From assembly GCA_039800105.1 (NCBI GenBank), contig JBDLRI010000078.1, forward strand, positions 6,469 through 70,468: a DNA stretch of 64,000 nt, written 5' to 3'. Below are positions 17,829 through 27,035 of the stretch, in pieces. Origin of the DNA: Pseudomonadota bacterium (GTDB lineage Bacteria > Myxococcota_A > UBA796 > SXON01). Made by a program: the position numbers and the translations under genes. Under the pieces are notes generated by a model. The model was not told the origin of the DNA and ran no database searches. It saw only the letters and a list, made by a program, of their open reading frames with translations. Positions within the stretch are counted from its first letter, which is position 1; each line of letters begins with the position of its first letter.

Positions 17829-18242
17829 ATGGCCGGGCGGAACCCCTACCTGACGGCGCCGGACGCGCCGGTCGCCACGCGGCCCTTCTCCATCGTCGTG
17901 GTCGGCGACGACGGCGAGCTGCGCGTCGACGTCGATCCGTCGACCCTGCCGAACGACGAGCCGGGGCTGCCCGGGAGCGTGCTGTCCATCCTGCTCGCGG
18001 CGGGGCTGGACGTGGAGCACGCCTGCGGCGGCGTGTGCGCCTGCTCGACCTGCCACGTCTACGTCGAGGCCGGCGGCGCGCGCTGCAACGAGGCCAACGA
18101 CGACGAGGCCGACATGCTCGACACGGCCCCGGCCCTTCGCGCCACCTCCCGCCTGGCGTGCCAGTGCGTTCCGGATGGCGGCGCCGACCTGCGCGTGCGC
18201 ATCCCCCGCTGGAACCGCAACGCGGTGCGGGAGCACGGGTAG
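17829..18242 (+). CDS. fdx: ISC-type [2Fe-2S] ferredoxin
   Basis: CGGVCACSTCH...LACQC adrenodoxin-type Cys pattern. Starts 2 nt after the hscA stop. Confidence 0.88.
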   Translation: MAGRNPYLTAPDAPVATRPFSIVVVGDDGELRVDVDPSTLPNDEPGLPGSVLSILLAAGLDVEHACGGVCACSTCHVYVEAGGARCNEANDDEADMLDTAPALRATSRLACQCVPDGGADLRVRIPRWNRNAVREHG

Positions 18243-18271
18243 CGTCTCTCCCTCCGGGCGGTCGGGTCGGA

Positions 18272-19972
18272 CTACCCCGGGCGCCACCAGCGCAGGCGTC
18301 CCCGGCCGCCCTCCGTCCAGCCGCGCAGGGCGCCCTCGACGCAGGTGACGTAGGTGGGCGCGCGCGCGACGTAATGCGTGTCGAGCACCACCTCCGACAC
18401 GCCGAGCCGCGCGAGCGCGGCGGCGATCGTGGCGGGCGTCGCGTCCGGCGCGCGTCCCTGCTCGCATGCCACGAACGCCTGCAAGGCGGGATCGCCCGAC
18501 CACGCGCGCAGCTCCGCGGCCGGGGCGCGTGGATCCAGCAGCGGGCGCAGACCGGCCACCAGGGGGCGGCCGTGGTGGAGCTGGTCCACGAGGTCGCCCC
18601 GGTCGGTGCGCAGGCGGCCGCCGGGCGCGGGGAGGAGCACGAGCGGGCCGGCACGCTCGGCCAGCGCGTCGGCCAGCGGTGTGCGCACGAGCGGGATCGC
18701 CTGCACCGGAAGGCTGGGCGACAGCGCCGCGGCCTCCCCGGCGAGGCCGCCCACCGCCAGCACCGTGAGCACCGTGCGCAGGCGCGCCGGGACCAGGGCG
18801 ACGCAGGCACCGGCCAGAAGCCCGACGCCGCCCCACGCGACGAGCCAGGCGTGGTCGCTCCACCAGCATCGTGCGAGCACGGGCACGCGCAGCAGCAGGC
18901 CCGCCGGTGTGAGGACCGGGCCGGGAAGCACCGCGCCCACCCCCCACGCCGCGCCCACGCCCAGCAGGGAGGCCGGGACCAGGACGGCGCGCGGGGCGTT
19001 CCGGCGGTACGCCAGCGCGAGCGCCGCAGCCGCGAGCAGCCACGCGGTCGGGCGGAGCAGGGACGCCGCCACGACACCCCGCTTCCCCCACAGCTCGTCC
19101 GCGACGAGATCCACGGGGCGCACCGGCGCCATGTCGATGGGGAGCGGCGCGAACGGATCGGCTCCCAGCGCGGGCACGGCCGTGGCGTGGGACACCACCC
19201 AGGCCGCGAGGGGGGCCACGATCGCGGCGAATCCCGCCAGGCCGCTCCACATGGCGCCGGTCTCCCGCGGCGTACGGGGCCGCGCGAGCAGCCAGGGCAG
19301 CGCCACGGCCAGGACGGCGGGCACCGCGAGGTTCGGGTCGGTCCCCGCGGCCAGCCCGCACGTGACCCCGGCGCATGCCGCCCGGATGGGCACCCCGCGT
19401 CCGCCGGCCGGAGCGCATCGCGCCTCCCACGCGAGCCAGGCGGCCGTGATCGCCAGTCCTGCCGCGAGCAGCACGTTCGTGCGTCCCGCGGCGAGGTGGC
19501 GCAGCGTGGGCTCGCCGGCCATCCACGTGGCCGCGGCGACGAGGGCGGCGCGCGTCCGCCCGTGCCAGCGGAGCGCCCACGCGGCGATCGCGGCGCTTCC
19601 AAGCCAGCCGACGAGCACGGACAGCGCCCATTCACCGCGCGCCAGCCCGAGCGCCGCCACGAGCGGGGCGCCCAGCACGGCATCGAGCGGAAGGCCCGCG
19701 TCGACGAGGTGATCGCCGCGCGTCGGGAAGCCGTGGAAGCCGTCGGCGAGCCAGCCCTCGGCACCGCGCGCGTACCAGCCTGCACGCAACGCCAGGCCCA
19801 CGATCGCGTCGGGAAGCCGCCCATCGCCGGGCAGGGCGTCCATCCGCAGGGCACGGGGCGCGCGCAGCAGCACCTGGGCGGGGCCCAAGAGCAGCAGGAG
19901 CGCCACGCCCCCACGGGTCCAGGCGGCCGGCGCAGGGAGGCGTCCGGGCCCTCCGTCGTGTCGCGGGCTCAT
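18272..19972 (-). CDS. polytopic membrane protein with soluble C-terminal domain (possible GT-C-type glycosyltransferase)
   Basis: ATG 19972 (MSPRHDGG...) inside ORF 18272..20656. About 12 hydrophobic segments followed by a ~150-aa soluble tail. ATGA overlap with the upstream cca. Confidence 0.5.
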   Translation of the reverse strand: MSPRHDGGPGRLPAPAAWTRGGVALLLLLGPAQVLLRAPRALRMDALPGDGRLPDAIVGLALRAGWYARGAEGWLADGFHGFPTRGDHLVDAGLPLDAVLGAPLVAALGLARGEWALSVLVGWLGSAAIAAWALRWHGRTRAALVAAATWMAGEPTLRHLAAGRTNVLLAAGLAITAAWLAWEARCAPAGGRGVPIRAACAGVTCGLAAGTDPNLAVPAVLAVALPWLLARPRTPRETGAMWSGLAGFAAIVAPLAAWVVSHATAVPALGADPFAPLPIDMAPVRPVDLVADELWGKRGVVAASLLRPTAWLLAAAALALAYRRNAPRAVLVPASLLGVGAAWGVGAVLPGPVLTPAGLLLRVPVLARCWWSDHAWLVAWGGVGLLAGACVALVPARLRTVLTVLAVGGLAGEAAALSPSLPVQAIPLVRTPLADALAERAGPLVLLPAPGGRLRTDRGDLVDQLHHGRPLVAGLRPLLDPRAPAAELRAWSGDPALQAFVACEQGRAPDATPATIAAALARLGVSEVVLDTHYVARAPTYVTCVEGALRGWTEGGRGRLRWWRPG

Positions 19973-21171
19973 GGTGGGACCGCGGCGCCGTGGGCGGCCG
20001 CGAGGTCGTGAAGGAGCGCGCGCGCCTCGTCCGGCGTGTGGATGCGGCCGTCGAGCTGGGCGTCGCGGACGGCCCGCAGCGCGGCGCCCATCGCCGGGCC
20101 GGGGGCGAACCCCGCGTGGACCGCGTCGGCGCCCGTGGCGAGCGCCGGGAGCGGGCCGTCGTGCACGCCGAGGCCCTCCGCGCGCGGCAAGAGGTCCGGT
20201 CGGTCGGCCAGCACGCAGAGCAGTCGCACGTCGCAGGTGTCGGCCCAGCGGCGCAGTTGCCCGTCCGCCGGCACGTCCGGCACCGGCAGCGCCGCGACGA
20301 GCGCCTGCGCGAGGTCGCGGACCCGCACGCCGGCGACCCGGAAGACCCGCAGGCGGTCGAGGCTGTCCAGCAGGCCGGGGGGCCCGCTCGCCGCGGCAGC
20401 GTAGAGGAGCGCGAGGCGGCGTGCCTCCGGGTCGATGTCCGCTGCCGCCGCGCGCACCAGTGCGGTCGGGCACGGCCGGTCCCAGTCGGGAAGCACCTTC
20501 GCCCACGCGCCGGTGCTGCGCCCGACCTCCCAGCCATGGGGGAGATCCGTGCTTCGCAGCAGGAGCTTCTCCACCTCCCCGCGGATCCGTTCGGCGGGAA
20601 GCTCCCCGAGCGGCATGTCCGCGCACAGCGCGGCGAGCGCGGGATCGACGCGCCACCCGAACCGGCCCGCGAACTGCACCACGCGAAGCGCCCGGAGAGG
20701 ATCCTCGCCGAAGGTGGCGGGGTCCACGGCCCGAAGGACGCCGGCGCGCACGTCCGCCACGCCGCCGAACGGGTCGATCCAGGTGTCCGTGAGAGGGTCC
20801 CAGGCGATGGCGTTCACCGTCAGGTCACGACGACGTGCCGCCTCGGTCTCCCCGAGGTCCGGATCCGGCTCGGCGTGGATGCCCTTGTGGCCGGTGCCGG
20901 CCCGGGAATCGCGTCGTGGGAGGCTCACGTCGACGTCCGCGCCGTCCACGCGGACCTTGAGGACGCCGAAGCTGCGGCCCACCTCGTCGACGCGCCCGAA
21001 GCGCCGCAGGATCGCGCGGAGCGCATCGAGCGCGAGGCCGTGCACTTCCAGGTCCAGGTCCTTGGATGGCAGCCCGATCAGGTGGTCACGTACGCAGCCG
21101 CCCACGAGTCGCGCGCGTCCCCCGGCGTCCCGGACGGCGCGCGCAAGGTCCAGGAGGCGGGGCGACACCAT
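19969..21171 (-). CDS. cca: tRNA nucleotidyltransferase (CCA-adding enzyme / poly(A) polymerase family)
   Basis: RLVGGCVRDHLIGLPSKDLDLEV is the GGxVRD...DxD head-domain signature; 400 aa. Confidence 0.8.
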   Translation of the reverse strand: MVSPRLLDLARAVRDAGGRARLVGGCVRDHLIGLPSKDLDLEVHGLALDALRAILRRFGRVDEVGRSFGVLKVRVDGADVDVSLPRRDSRAGTGHKGIHAEPDPDLGETEAARRRDLTVNAIAWDPLTDTWIDPFGGVADVRAGVLRAVDPATFGEDPLRALRVVQFAGRFGWRVDPALAALCADMPLGELPAERIRGEVEKLLLRSTDLPHGWEVGRSTGAWAKVLPDWDRPCPTALVRAAAADIDPEARRLALLYAAAASGPPGLLDSLDRLRVFRVAGVRVRDLAQALVAALPVPDVPADGQLRRWADTCDVRLLCVLADRPDLLPRAEGLGVHDGPLPALATGADAVHAGFAPGPAMGAALRAVRDAQLDGRIHTPDEARALLHDLAAAHGAAVPP

Positions 21172-21238
21172 CGCGAAGGGCTAACCCGCGCGCCGTGCGT
21201 CCTCGGGGCGCGTCTCCGCGGCCCCGGCGCGACGGACC

Positions 21239-22078
21239 TCAGCCGTGCACGGACACGGTGAGCCCGAGTGCCCGGGCGCGCGCCGCGATGGCCTCGAGCG
21301 TGGCGGCGTCCAGCGGGGCCACGCGCGCGTCCGACGGCCGCCGGGCCACGGTGTAGACCTGCACCTCGGCGATCCGCCCGCCGGCCTCCAGGATCTCCGC
21401 CAGCCGGGACGCCCACGCCGCTTGCTCGTCGGCGTCGGGCCCCGCGCCGGACATCGCGCAGAACATGGTCTGGATCACGATCGGGCGCTCCTGGGCGAGC
21501 TCCCGAAGATTCCGGAGGATTCGTGCGAACGGGAACGTCGTGCCGTCCACGACGCGAAAGTAGGCTTCCGTGCCGGCGTCGAGCTTGCACCAGATGTCGT
21601 CCACGCCCGGCAGCGCCGCGCGCACGCGCGACCGGTGCAGCAGGGTGGCGTTCGTCAGAAGGCGCACCGGCACCGCCAGCCCGTAGCGGTCGCGGAGCGT
21701 GCGGACGGCCGTGACGGCCTCCGGGAACGCGATGGCCGAGGTGGGCTCGCCGTCTCCCGCGAAGGCCAGGTCCGCCACCCGGCGGAATGCGGGCGCCGCG
21801 GTGTCGAACGGCGGGTGGTCCCACAGGGTGCCGTCGGCCACCCACCCGAGCAGCCGCTCCAGCTCCTCGGACAACCGCGCCACGTCGACGGCGGCGGGAC
21901 CGCCCGGCGTGGTCCGGTCGACCTGGCAGTACGGGCAATCGAAGTTGCACACCTTGTCGGCGTTGAGGTTCAGGCCGATCGACAGGCCTCTCGCGCGTCG
22001 GGACACCACCGCGTAGACGTGACGGTTGTCGCCCAGGTCCCGACGGTGGTCGGCGAAGTCGAGGATCCGCGTGGTCAC
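21239..22078 (-). CDS. radical SAM protein (COG0731/TYW1-like small family)
   Basis: GTG 22078 inside ORF 21239..22588. CX3CX2C motif in LNLNADKVCNFDCPYCQV; GDGEPT (SAM-binding GGE-like) follows. Confidence 0.7.
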   Translation of the reverse strand: MTTRILDFADHRRDLGDNRHVYAVVSRRARGLSIGLNLNADKVCNFDCPYCQVDRTTPGGPAAVDVARLSEELERLLGWVADGTLWDHPPFDTAAPAFRRVADLAFAGDGEPTSAIAFPEAVTAVRTLRDRYGLAVPVRLLTNATLLHRSRVRAALPGVDDIWCKLDAGTEAYFRVVDGTTFPFARILRNLRELAQERPIVIQTMFCAMSGAGPDADEQAAWASRLAEILEAGGRIAEVQVYTVARRPSDARVAPLDAATLEAIAARARALGLTVSVHG

Positions 22079-22113
22079 GGCGGGATCGTAGCGCGCCCGG
22101 CCGCCCGTGCCGA

Positions 22114-24168
22114 CTAGGGTCGCGGCAGGTCGCCGAGGACCGCGCGGATGCGCGTGCCGACCGGCGGTGCGAGGCCGATGGCCGTATGACCCCAGGCCAC
22201 GCCCTCCTCCTTGGACCGGTCGCGCACCACGCGCTCGCTCCAGCCTTGCACGAGCTGGTCCCGCGCGGCGATCGACTCCTCGAACAGGACACCGTCGCCG
22301 GAGGGGTCGCAGGTCGGGCACGCCATGCCGTCGTGCTCCGCGATCGCGCCGGTCGTCGCGCGCGTGCCGTGCAACACGAGGAGGTAGTCCAGCTGCGGGG
22401 TCAGCCCGTGCGCGGCGAGTCGCTCCATGACGTTGCCCCCGAGTTCCCGCGCTGCGGCGAGGCCGATTCCGTCGAACAGGCGGTACCGCCACCCGGACCC
22501 GTCGAGCCCGAGCTCCGTGTCGCGGTCGTACCAGCCGTGGCGCGCCTCGCACGGCGTCGTCGCCGGATCGAAGGCGGACGCGCGGCACGTGGTGTGGCCG
22601 TCGTCATCGAGCAGGGTTCCCGGGGTGAACGTGCCGGTCGCGGGCACCCACGCGAGCTTCTGGACCACCCAGGGGCGCCACACGCCCTCGTCGGTATCCA
22701 CGGCGCTCCACGCCAGCGCCTCCTGTCCCCGCGCCGGGATCGGGTGCGCCTCGCGGAAGTCGCCGATGACCTGGAGCTGGCCGAGGTACGCGGTCGTCCA
22801 GACGCCGTCCTCGCCCACGGATCCCCACATGGCGAGGTTGTTCGCGTCGAAGTCGGTCTCCAGCGCCCCCTCGCCCCGGTTGAGCGACTCCAGGTTTCCC
22901 GACGACACCGGCGCGCCGTCCTCGTCCAGCCCGGTGAGGTTCGACAGGTGGATGCGCGACCAGAAGTCCGTCCACACCTCGCCGCGGCGGCGGCACAGGC
23001 CCTGCGCGTACAGCTCCGGCACCATGGCGGCGAACGTGGCGCACTGGGCCGCCATCATGCTCCCCCACGCCATGGGGCCGCGGCCGAAGGCCGTGTTCTC
23101 GGGCGTGCTGGCGATGAGGAGGTTGTTGTAGGGGTGACGCCAGTTCATGTCGATGCCGCGGTGCGGGCCCGACAGCGTCACGTAGGCCCTCACCCGCCCG
23201 TCGACGTGCGGGACGCGGCGCGCGCTCTCGGCCGCGAGCCGCTCGCCCCACTTGGGGCCCCAGTCGTCCCAGGATGCCGTGTCCGCCAGGTACAGGTCCG
23301 CCGCCACCGAGCCCTTGCTCCACGCGATCACGTCGACGCGGGGCGCGCCGGTGAGCTCTCGGATGCGCCCGATGGCGTTGTGGAGGTGCGTGGCCTGTCC
23401 GAAGTTGTCGCCGTGGGAGTTCGAGAAGGTGAGCGCGTAGCTGCACAGCCCCGCCGCCTCGAAGTCCTGCACGAACCCCGTGCGCACCGGCGTCCCCGGG
23501 TAGGTACCCCCGTCGCCGTCGGTGCCGCCGGGGAACAGCCACGCGTTCGCGTCCTGCATGGCGCCGTGCACGAACAGCACCGGCGTGCGCGCGGTGTCAC
23601 AGTCGAGCGCGGCGGAGCGCGGACCGTGGTGCAGCAGCACGAAGCGCGCCTCGGGGCGCGTCGGGCCGACGGCCGGGCAGTCCGGGGCGTCGGTGGAGTC
23701 CACCGTGCCCGCGCAGGTGCTCGCGTAGTGGAGGTTGAAGGCGTCCACGATCTGCTGGTTGAGCGCCCCCATGTAGGTCTGCACGGGGTAGAGCGCGTCC
23801 TGCCAGGTGTCCATCCAGCGTAGGTGGGCGGTGCGGCGGTTGTGCCCCTCGGTGCGGAAGACCTGCAGGCCCTCCAGCAGCTCGATGCGCCCCCACGTGC
23901 CCTGCAGCGTCGGGCCCGGCTCGGTCGCGCCCACGACGCGGTACCCGTCGGTCCAGCCCCCGTCCGGCGCCACGTCGAAGAGGTCCTCGAACTCCCGCGG
24001 CGGGGCCGAGACGTCCGTCGGCGACACGTCCACCGGCCCCGTGTCCACCGTCCCGGTGTCCGTGGAGGTCTCCGTGGCCGTCCCGGTGTCCGCCACCGGC
24101 GGCCGCACGGGCACGGTCGGTCCGCCGCCGCACGCGGCCAGGAATGAGAGGGCGATGGATGCGAGCAC
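22114..24168 (-). CDS. lipoprotein with lipase-like alpha/beta-hydrolase domain
   Basis: Lipobox MLASIALSFLAAC and a T/D-rich linker (ADTGTATETSTDTGTVDTG). VLFVHGAMQDANAW and the nucleophile-elbow-like DVIAWSKGS resemble class-2 lipase/PGAP1-like folds. Confidence 0.55.
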   Translation of the reverse strand: MLASIALSFLAACGGGPTVPVRPPVADTGTATETSTDTGTVDTGPVDVSPTDVSAPPREFEDLFDVAPDGGWTDGYRVVGATEPGPTLQGTWGRIELLEGLQVFRTEGHNRRTAHLRWMDTWQDALYPVQTYMGALNQQIVDAFNLHYASTCAGTVDSTDAPDCPAVGPTRPEARFVLLHHGPRSAALDCDTARTPVLFVHGAMQDANAWLFPGGTDGDGGTYPGTPVRTGFVQDFEAAGLCSYALTFSNSHGDNFGQATHLHNAIGRIRELTGAPRVDVIAWSKGSVAADLYLADTASWDDWGPKWGERLAAESARRVPHVDGRVRAYVTLSGPHRGIDMNWRHPYNNLLIASTPENTAFGRGPMAWGSMMAAQCATFAAMVPELYAQGLCRRRGEVWTDFWSRIHLSNLTGLDEDGAPVSSGNLESLNRGEGALETDFDANNLAMWGSVGEDGVWTTAYLGQLQVIGDFREAHPIPARGQEALAWSAVDTDEGVWRPWVVQKLAWVPATGTFTPGTLLDDDGHTTCRASAFDPATTPCEARHGWYDRDTELGLDGSGWRYRLFDGIGLAAARELGGNVMERLAAHGLTPQLDYLLVLHGTRATTGAIAEHDGMACPTCDPSGDGVLFEESIAARDQLVQGWSERVVRDRSKEEGVAWGHTAIGLAPPVGTRIRAVLGDLPRP

Positions 24169-24210
24169 AGGACCTCCGCTGCCGTCGCAGCGTATCCTGC
24201 GGCTTCTCCG

Positions 24211-24387
24211 TGGGGCGGGGGCTGAGGCCGCCCCCTCGCGGCCGCCGCCGGGCGTCGGCCTCCGGGGGCGGGGTCCGGCGCTCGCCGAGCCTGGCTCGGC
24301 GCCGCCTTCGGCGGACGCGTCCTCCCCACGCGCGCCGCTCGGGGCCCCTTCGGGGCCAACCGCGGCGGCGTGCCCGCAACGCCCCGG
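24211..24387 (-). repeat. G/C hairpin repeat, 177-bp long form, copy E (intergenic)
   Basis: Starts TGGGGCGGGGGCTGAGGCCGCCCCC and ends GTGCCCGCAACGCCCCGG, the same termini as the short form. The core has hairpins GCCGAG-CCTGG-CTCGGC, CCGC-CTTCG-GCGG and GGCCCC-TTCG-GGGGCC. Confidence 0.8.
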
Positions 24388-24391
24388 CCCG

Positions 24392-25204
24392 CTAGGCGTG
24401 CCCGAGCAGCGCCAGCACGATCTCCATCACGATGAGGATCACGACCGCCCACTCGAGCGACAGCGCGCGGCGTCCGTGCCAGAGGTCGGTGATCGTGTCG
24501 AGCGATTCCTCCACCGCCTCGAGCTTGTGGAGGATCGACTGGTGCCGCTCGCGCAGCTCCAGGTTGTCGGCCAGCGCCTCGTGCAGCTCGAAGATGCGCG
24601 GGTCGTTCCACGCCGCCTCGGGGCGGTCCAGCGTGGTGAACCACCGCGCCAGCTCGAGCCGCCGCGCCAGGATGTGCCCGATGCGCATGCTGAGCGCGCG
24701 CGCGCTGCGCGGGAGCGCGCCGGTGCGCTCGAGCTGCCGCGCGAGATCCGCCACCTCGGTGAGCAGGTCCTCCGCCTCCCGGGCGTAGCGGTCCATCGCC
24801 GCGGAGCGCGCGAGCAGGTGGGACACGGCCTCGCGGGTGGTCGGCTCCGCGTCGTGCACCACCACACGGTCCCAGCCCACGCGGGGGCGCATGCCGTTGC
24901 GGGACGGGTCCACGAGCAGGAGCGTGGTCTCGGCCGTGGCGTCCAGGCACGCGCGGCCGGTCGCCCCCTCGATGATCGTGCGCACGTCGGCGTCGAGGCT
25001 GGAGCGGTTCTCGACCACCGCGGCCCCGAAGTCGAAGAACCGGATGCGCACGGCGCCGCCGCGCCACGCGGCCAGCCCCGGGCCGCGGTGCACCCGCACC
25101 CATCCCTCCGGCATCGCCAGGGCGTCGAGGTCGCAGCGGCCATCCACCGCCACGGCGGTCATCGGCAACGAGAGGGACACGCGGACGTCGGGTGCGACGG
25201 TCAT
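24392..25204 (-). CDS. RMD1/DUF155-like protein with C-terminal TM helix (tentative)
   Basis: 270 aa. RIRFFDFGAAVVENRS resembles the DUF155 N-terminal strand motif; long helical region; terminal TM WAVVILIVMEIVLALL. ATGA overlap with the upstream cyclase gene. Confidence 0.5.
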   Translation of the reverse strand: MTVAPDVRVSLSLPMTAVAVDGRCDLDALAMPEGWVRVHRGPGLAAWRGGAVRIRFFDFGAAVVENRSSLDADVRTIIEGATGRACLDATAETTLLLVDPSRNGMRPRVGWDRVVVHDAEPTTREAVSHLLARSAAMDRYAREAEDLLTEVADLARQLERTGALPRSARALSMRIGHILARRLELARWFTTLDRPEAAWNDPRIFELHEALADNLELRERHQSILHKLEAVEESLDTITDLWHGRRALSLEWAVVILIVMEIVLALLGHA

Positions 25205-26985
25205 GCCGTCGGTGTAGACACCCCGTCCGCCTCCGGCCAGCGTACCCGCACGAGCATCGGCGTGCCCTCGACGCCCTTGAGCGCGGCGGGAAAGGGCGCC
25301 CCCACGGTGCCGCCCTGCGCGCGCACGACCTCGGCGAGGTGCGCGTCCACCACGAGCTCCCCGCTGGCGGCGAGTCCCTGCAGGCGCGCCGCGACGTTGA
25401 CGGTCTGCCCGAAGTAGTCCAGGAGCCCGTTCGCGGTGAACGCGTAGCAGGGGCCCTCGTGCACCCCGAGCTTGATGTCGGTCTGGGCGCGCACGGGGTC
25501 ACTGGCGCGGAAGGGCCCGAAGGCGGCGAGCACGTCCAGCGCGGCGGCCGTCGCGTCCACCTCCGAGGGGAAGGCCGCCATCACCGCGTCCCCGATGGTC
25601 TTCACGATGGTGCCGCCGTGGGCGCGCAGGCACGCCTCCACCAGCTCGAAGTGATCCTGGACCAGCTTGATCGCCGCGGCGTCGCCGACGCGGGCGTAGA
25701 GGCGCGTGCTGTCGGCGAGGTCCGAGAACAGCAGGGCCACGCGGCCCACCTTGAGGGTCACGCCGGGCCGCAGCGTTTCCCGGCCGTAGCGGCGCCGGAA
25801 CGCCGCCAGCGTGGAGAGGTCCGCGGCCGTGGCGGCGTCGTCCACCCCGTCGGTCCGCTCGAGCTTGGCGTGGCGCGCCTCGTCCGGGAGGTTGCGCACG
25901 ACCACGCGCCCCCCCGGTGCCACGACCGGTACCGTGCCGTCCGGCCATGGCCAGGCGAGCTCGTCCTGTCCGCCGGGTGCCACGTCCACGTCGGACGAGC
26001 CCTGTCCGCGCAGCGCCACCCGGCAGTGGCCGGGCCGCTCCGGCGCGACGAGCACCGCCACGCCGCCCGCCGGGACGATGGCCTGCGACACGACGTGCGG
26101 GGTGCGCGCCGCGCCCCCGCTGCAGAAGTAGGCACGTTCGAACGCGCGCACCTGTTCGACCGGGTGGAACACCGCCTCCACCGAGCGGTCCATGGCCAGC
26201 TCGAAGTTGACCTCGCAGGCGTGACAACCCCCGGCATCGCCCTCCAGCGCCGAGAGGCTGGGCAGGGTCGTCGTGGCGTTGCGGCAGCTCGGACAGACCA
26301 GCTCCCACGCGAGTTCCAGCAGCCCGGCCTCCGTGGCTGCCAGGCAGGTCTCGAGGGCCGCGCGGCGCGGGAGGCCCAGGTCATCGGCCCACGCGTAGGG
26401 CCGCAGTCGCTGGACGTCGAGGTCGTCCGCCTCCCGGACCCACCGCAGCAGGGCCTCGGCGTGCAGGGCCGCCGGATCCTTGCGGAGGCGCGCGGCGATC
26501 GGTGCCAGGCGCGCCTCGTCCACCGACGTGCGCGGCGGGGTCCACCCGTCCGCGAGGCGGCGCAGGGTATCCGCGAGCAGCGCCGCGATCTCCGCGGCGC
26601 TCGTGCGCACCGCGTCCGCGAGCGCCTCCGTCGCGGGCGTCAGCCCGATGTCGACGGTGACCCGGACGCCTCCCGTCTCCGGCGCGAGGTCCACGCGGCA
26701 CTGCAGCAGGCGGAACGGGCCGTTGTGAAAGACCCGCGTCACCTGCGACCAGTGGGGCGCCACGAACTCGAAGGGCTGCTCGTCGTAGGTGACGTCCATC
26801 CCCGCGAGGCGCGTCGCGGCCCGCATCCGCGACACGCCCGCCTCCTGGGGCGTGAGCGCGATGGGCGAGAGGCCCGCGGCGCGGTTGAGCGCGTTCGCGT
26901 CCGAGACGATGGCCCAGGCGGTGTCGAGGTCCGTCGGGAGCAGGGCGACGGCGCGTTCGTGGATCTGCGGCATGGACCACACCAT
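25201..26985 (-). CDS. class III adenylate/guanylate cyclase with N-terminal sensor-like region and zinc ribbon
   Basis: C-terminal VALLFSDLADSTRLY...GTIVKTIGDAVMAAF...GQTVNVAARL motifs. Central CPSC-x18-CHAC. N-terminal ~200 aa are SRPBCC/DUF5939-like (tentative). Confidence 0.85.
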   Translation of the reverse strand: MVWSMPQIHERAVALLPTDLDTAWAIVSDANALNRAAGLSPIALTPQEAGVSRMRAATRLAGMDVTYDEQPFEFVAPHWSQVTRVFHNGPFRLLQCRVDLAPETGGVRVTVDIGLTPATEALADAVRTSAAEIAALLADTLRRLADGWTPPRTSVDEARLAPIAARLRKDPAALHAEALLRWVREADDLDVQRLRPYAWADDLGLPRRAALETCLAATEAGLLELAWELVCPSCRNATTTLPSLSALEGDAGGCHACEVNFELAMDRSVEAVFHPVEQVRAFERAYFCSGGAARTPHVVSQAIVPAGGVAVLVAPERPGHCRVALRGQGSSDVDVAPGGQDELAWPWPDGTVPVVAPGGRVVVRNLPDEARHAKLERTDGVDDAATAADLSTLAAFRRRYGRETLRPGVTLKVGRVALLFSDLADSTRLYARVGDAAAIKLVQDHFELVEACLRAHGGTIVKTIGDAVMAAFPSEVDATAAALDVLAAFGPFRASDPVRAQTDIKLGVHEGPCYAFTANGLLDYFGQTVNVAARLQGLAASGELVVDAHLAEVVRAQGGTVGAPFPAALKGVEGTPMLVRVRWPEADGVSTPTA

Positions 26986-27035
26986 ACCCCGCGGGCACCG
27001 ACGTGCGACGGGCCGTCATGCTACGATGCGGGGGC

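Noticed and set aside
15844-19914. 1356-aa ORF on the minus strand
   Set aside because: It is antisense to hscA, fdx and part of the membrane-protein gene. The product is R/P/A/G-rich with no motifs and the wrong GC3 pattern. This is the typical stop-poor antisense frame of G/C-rich DNA.
24144-24395. 83-aa ORF in the 24169-24391 intergenic region
   Set aside because: It is entirely encoded by long repeat element E, has an Arg/Pro-rich product and has no RBS. It is open only because the repeat is stop-free.
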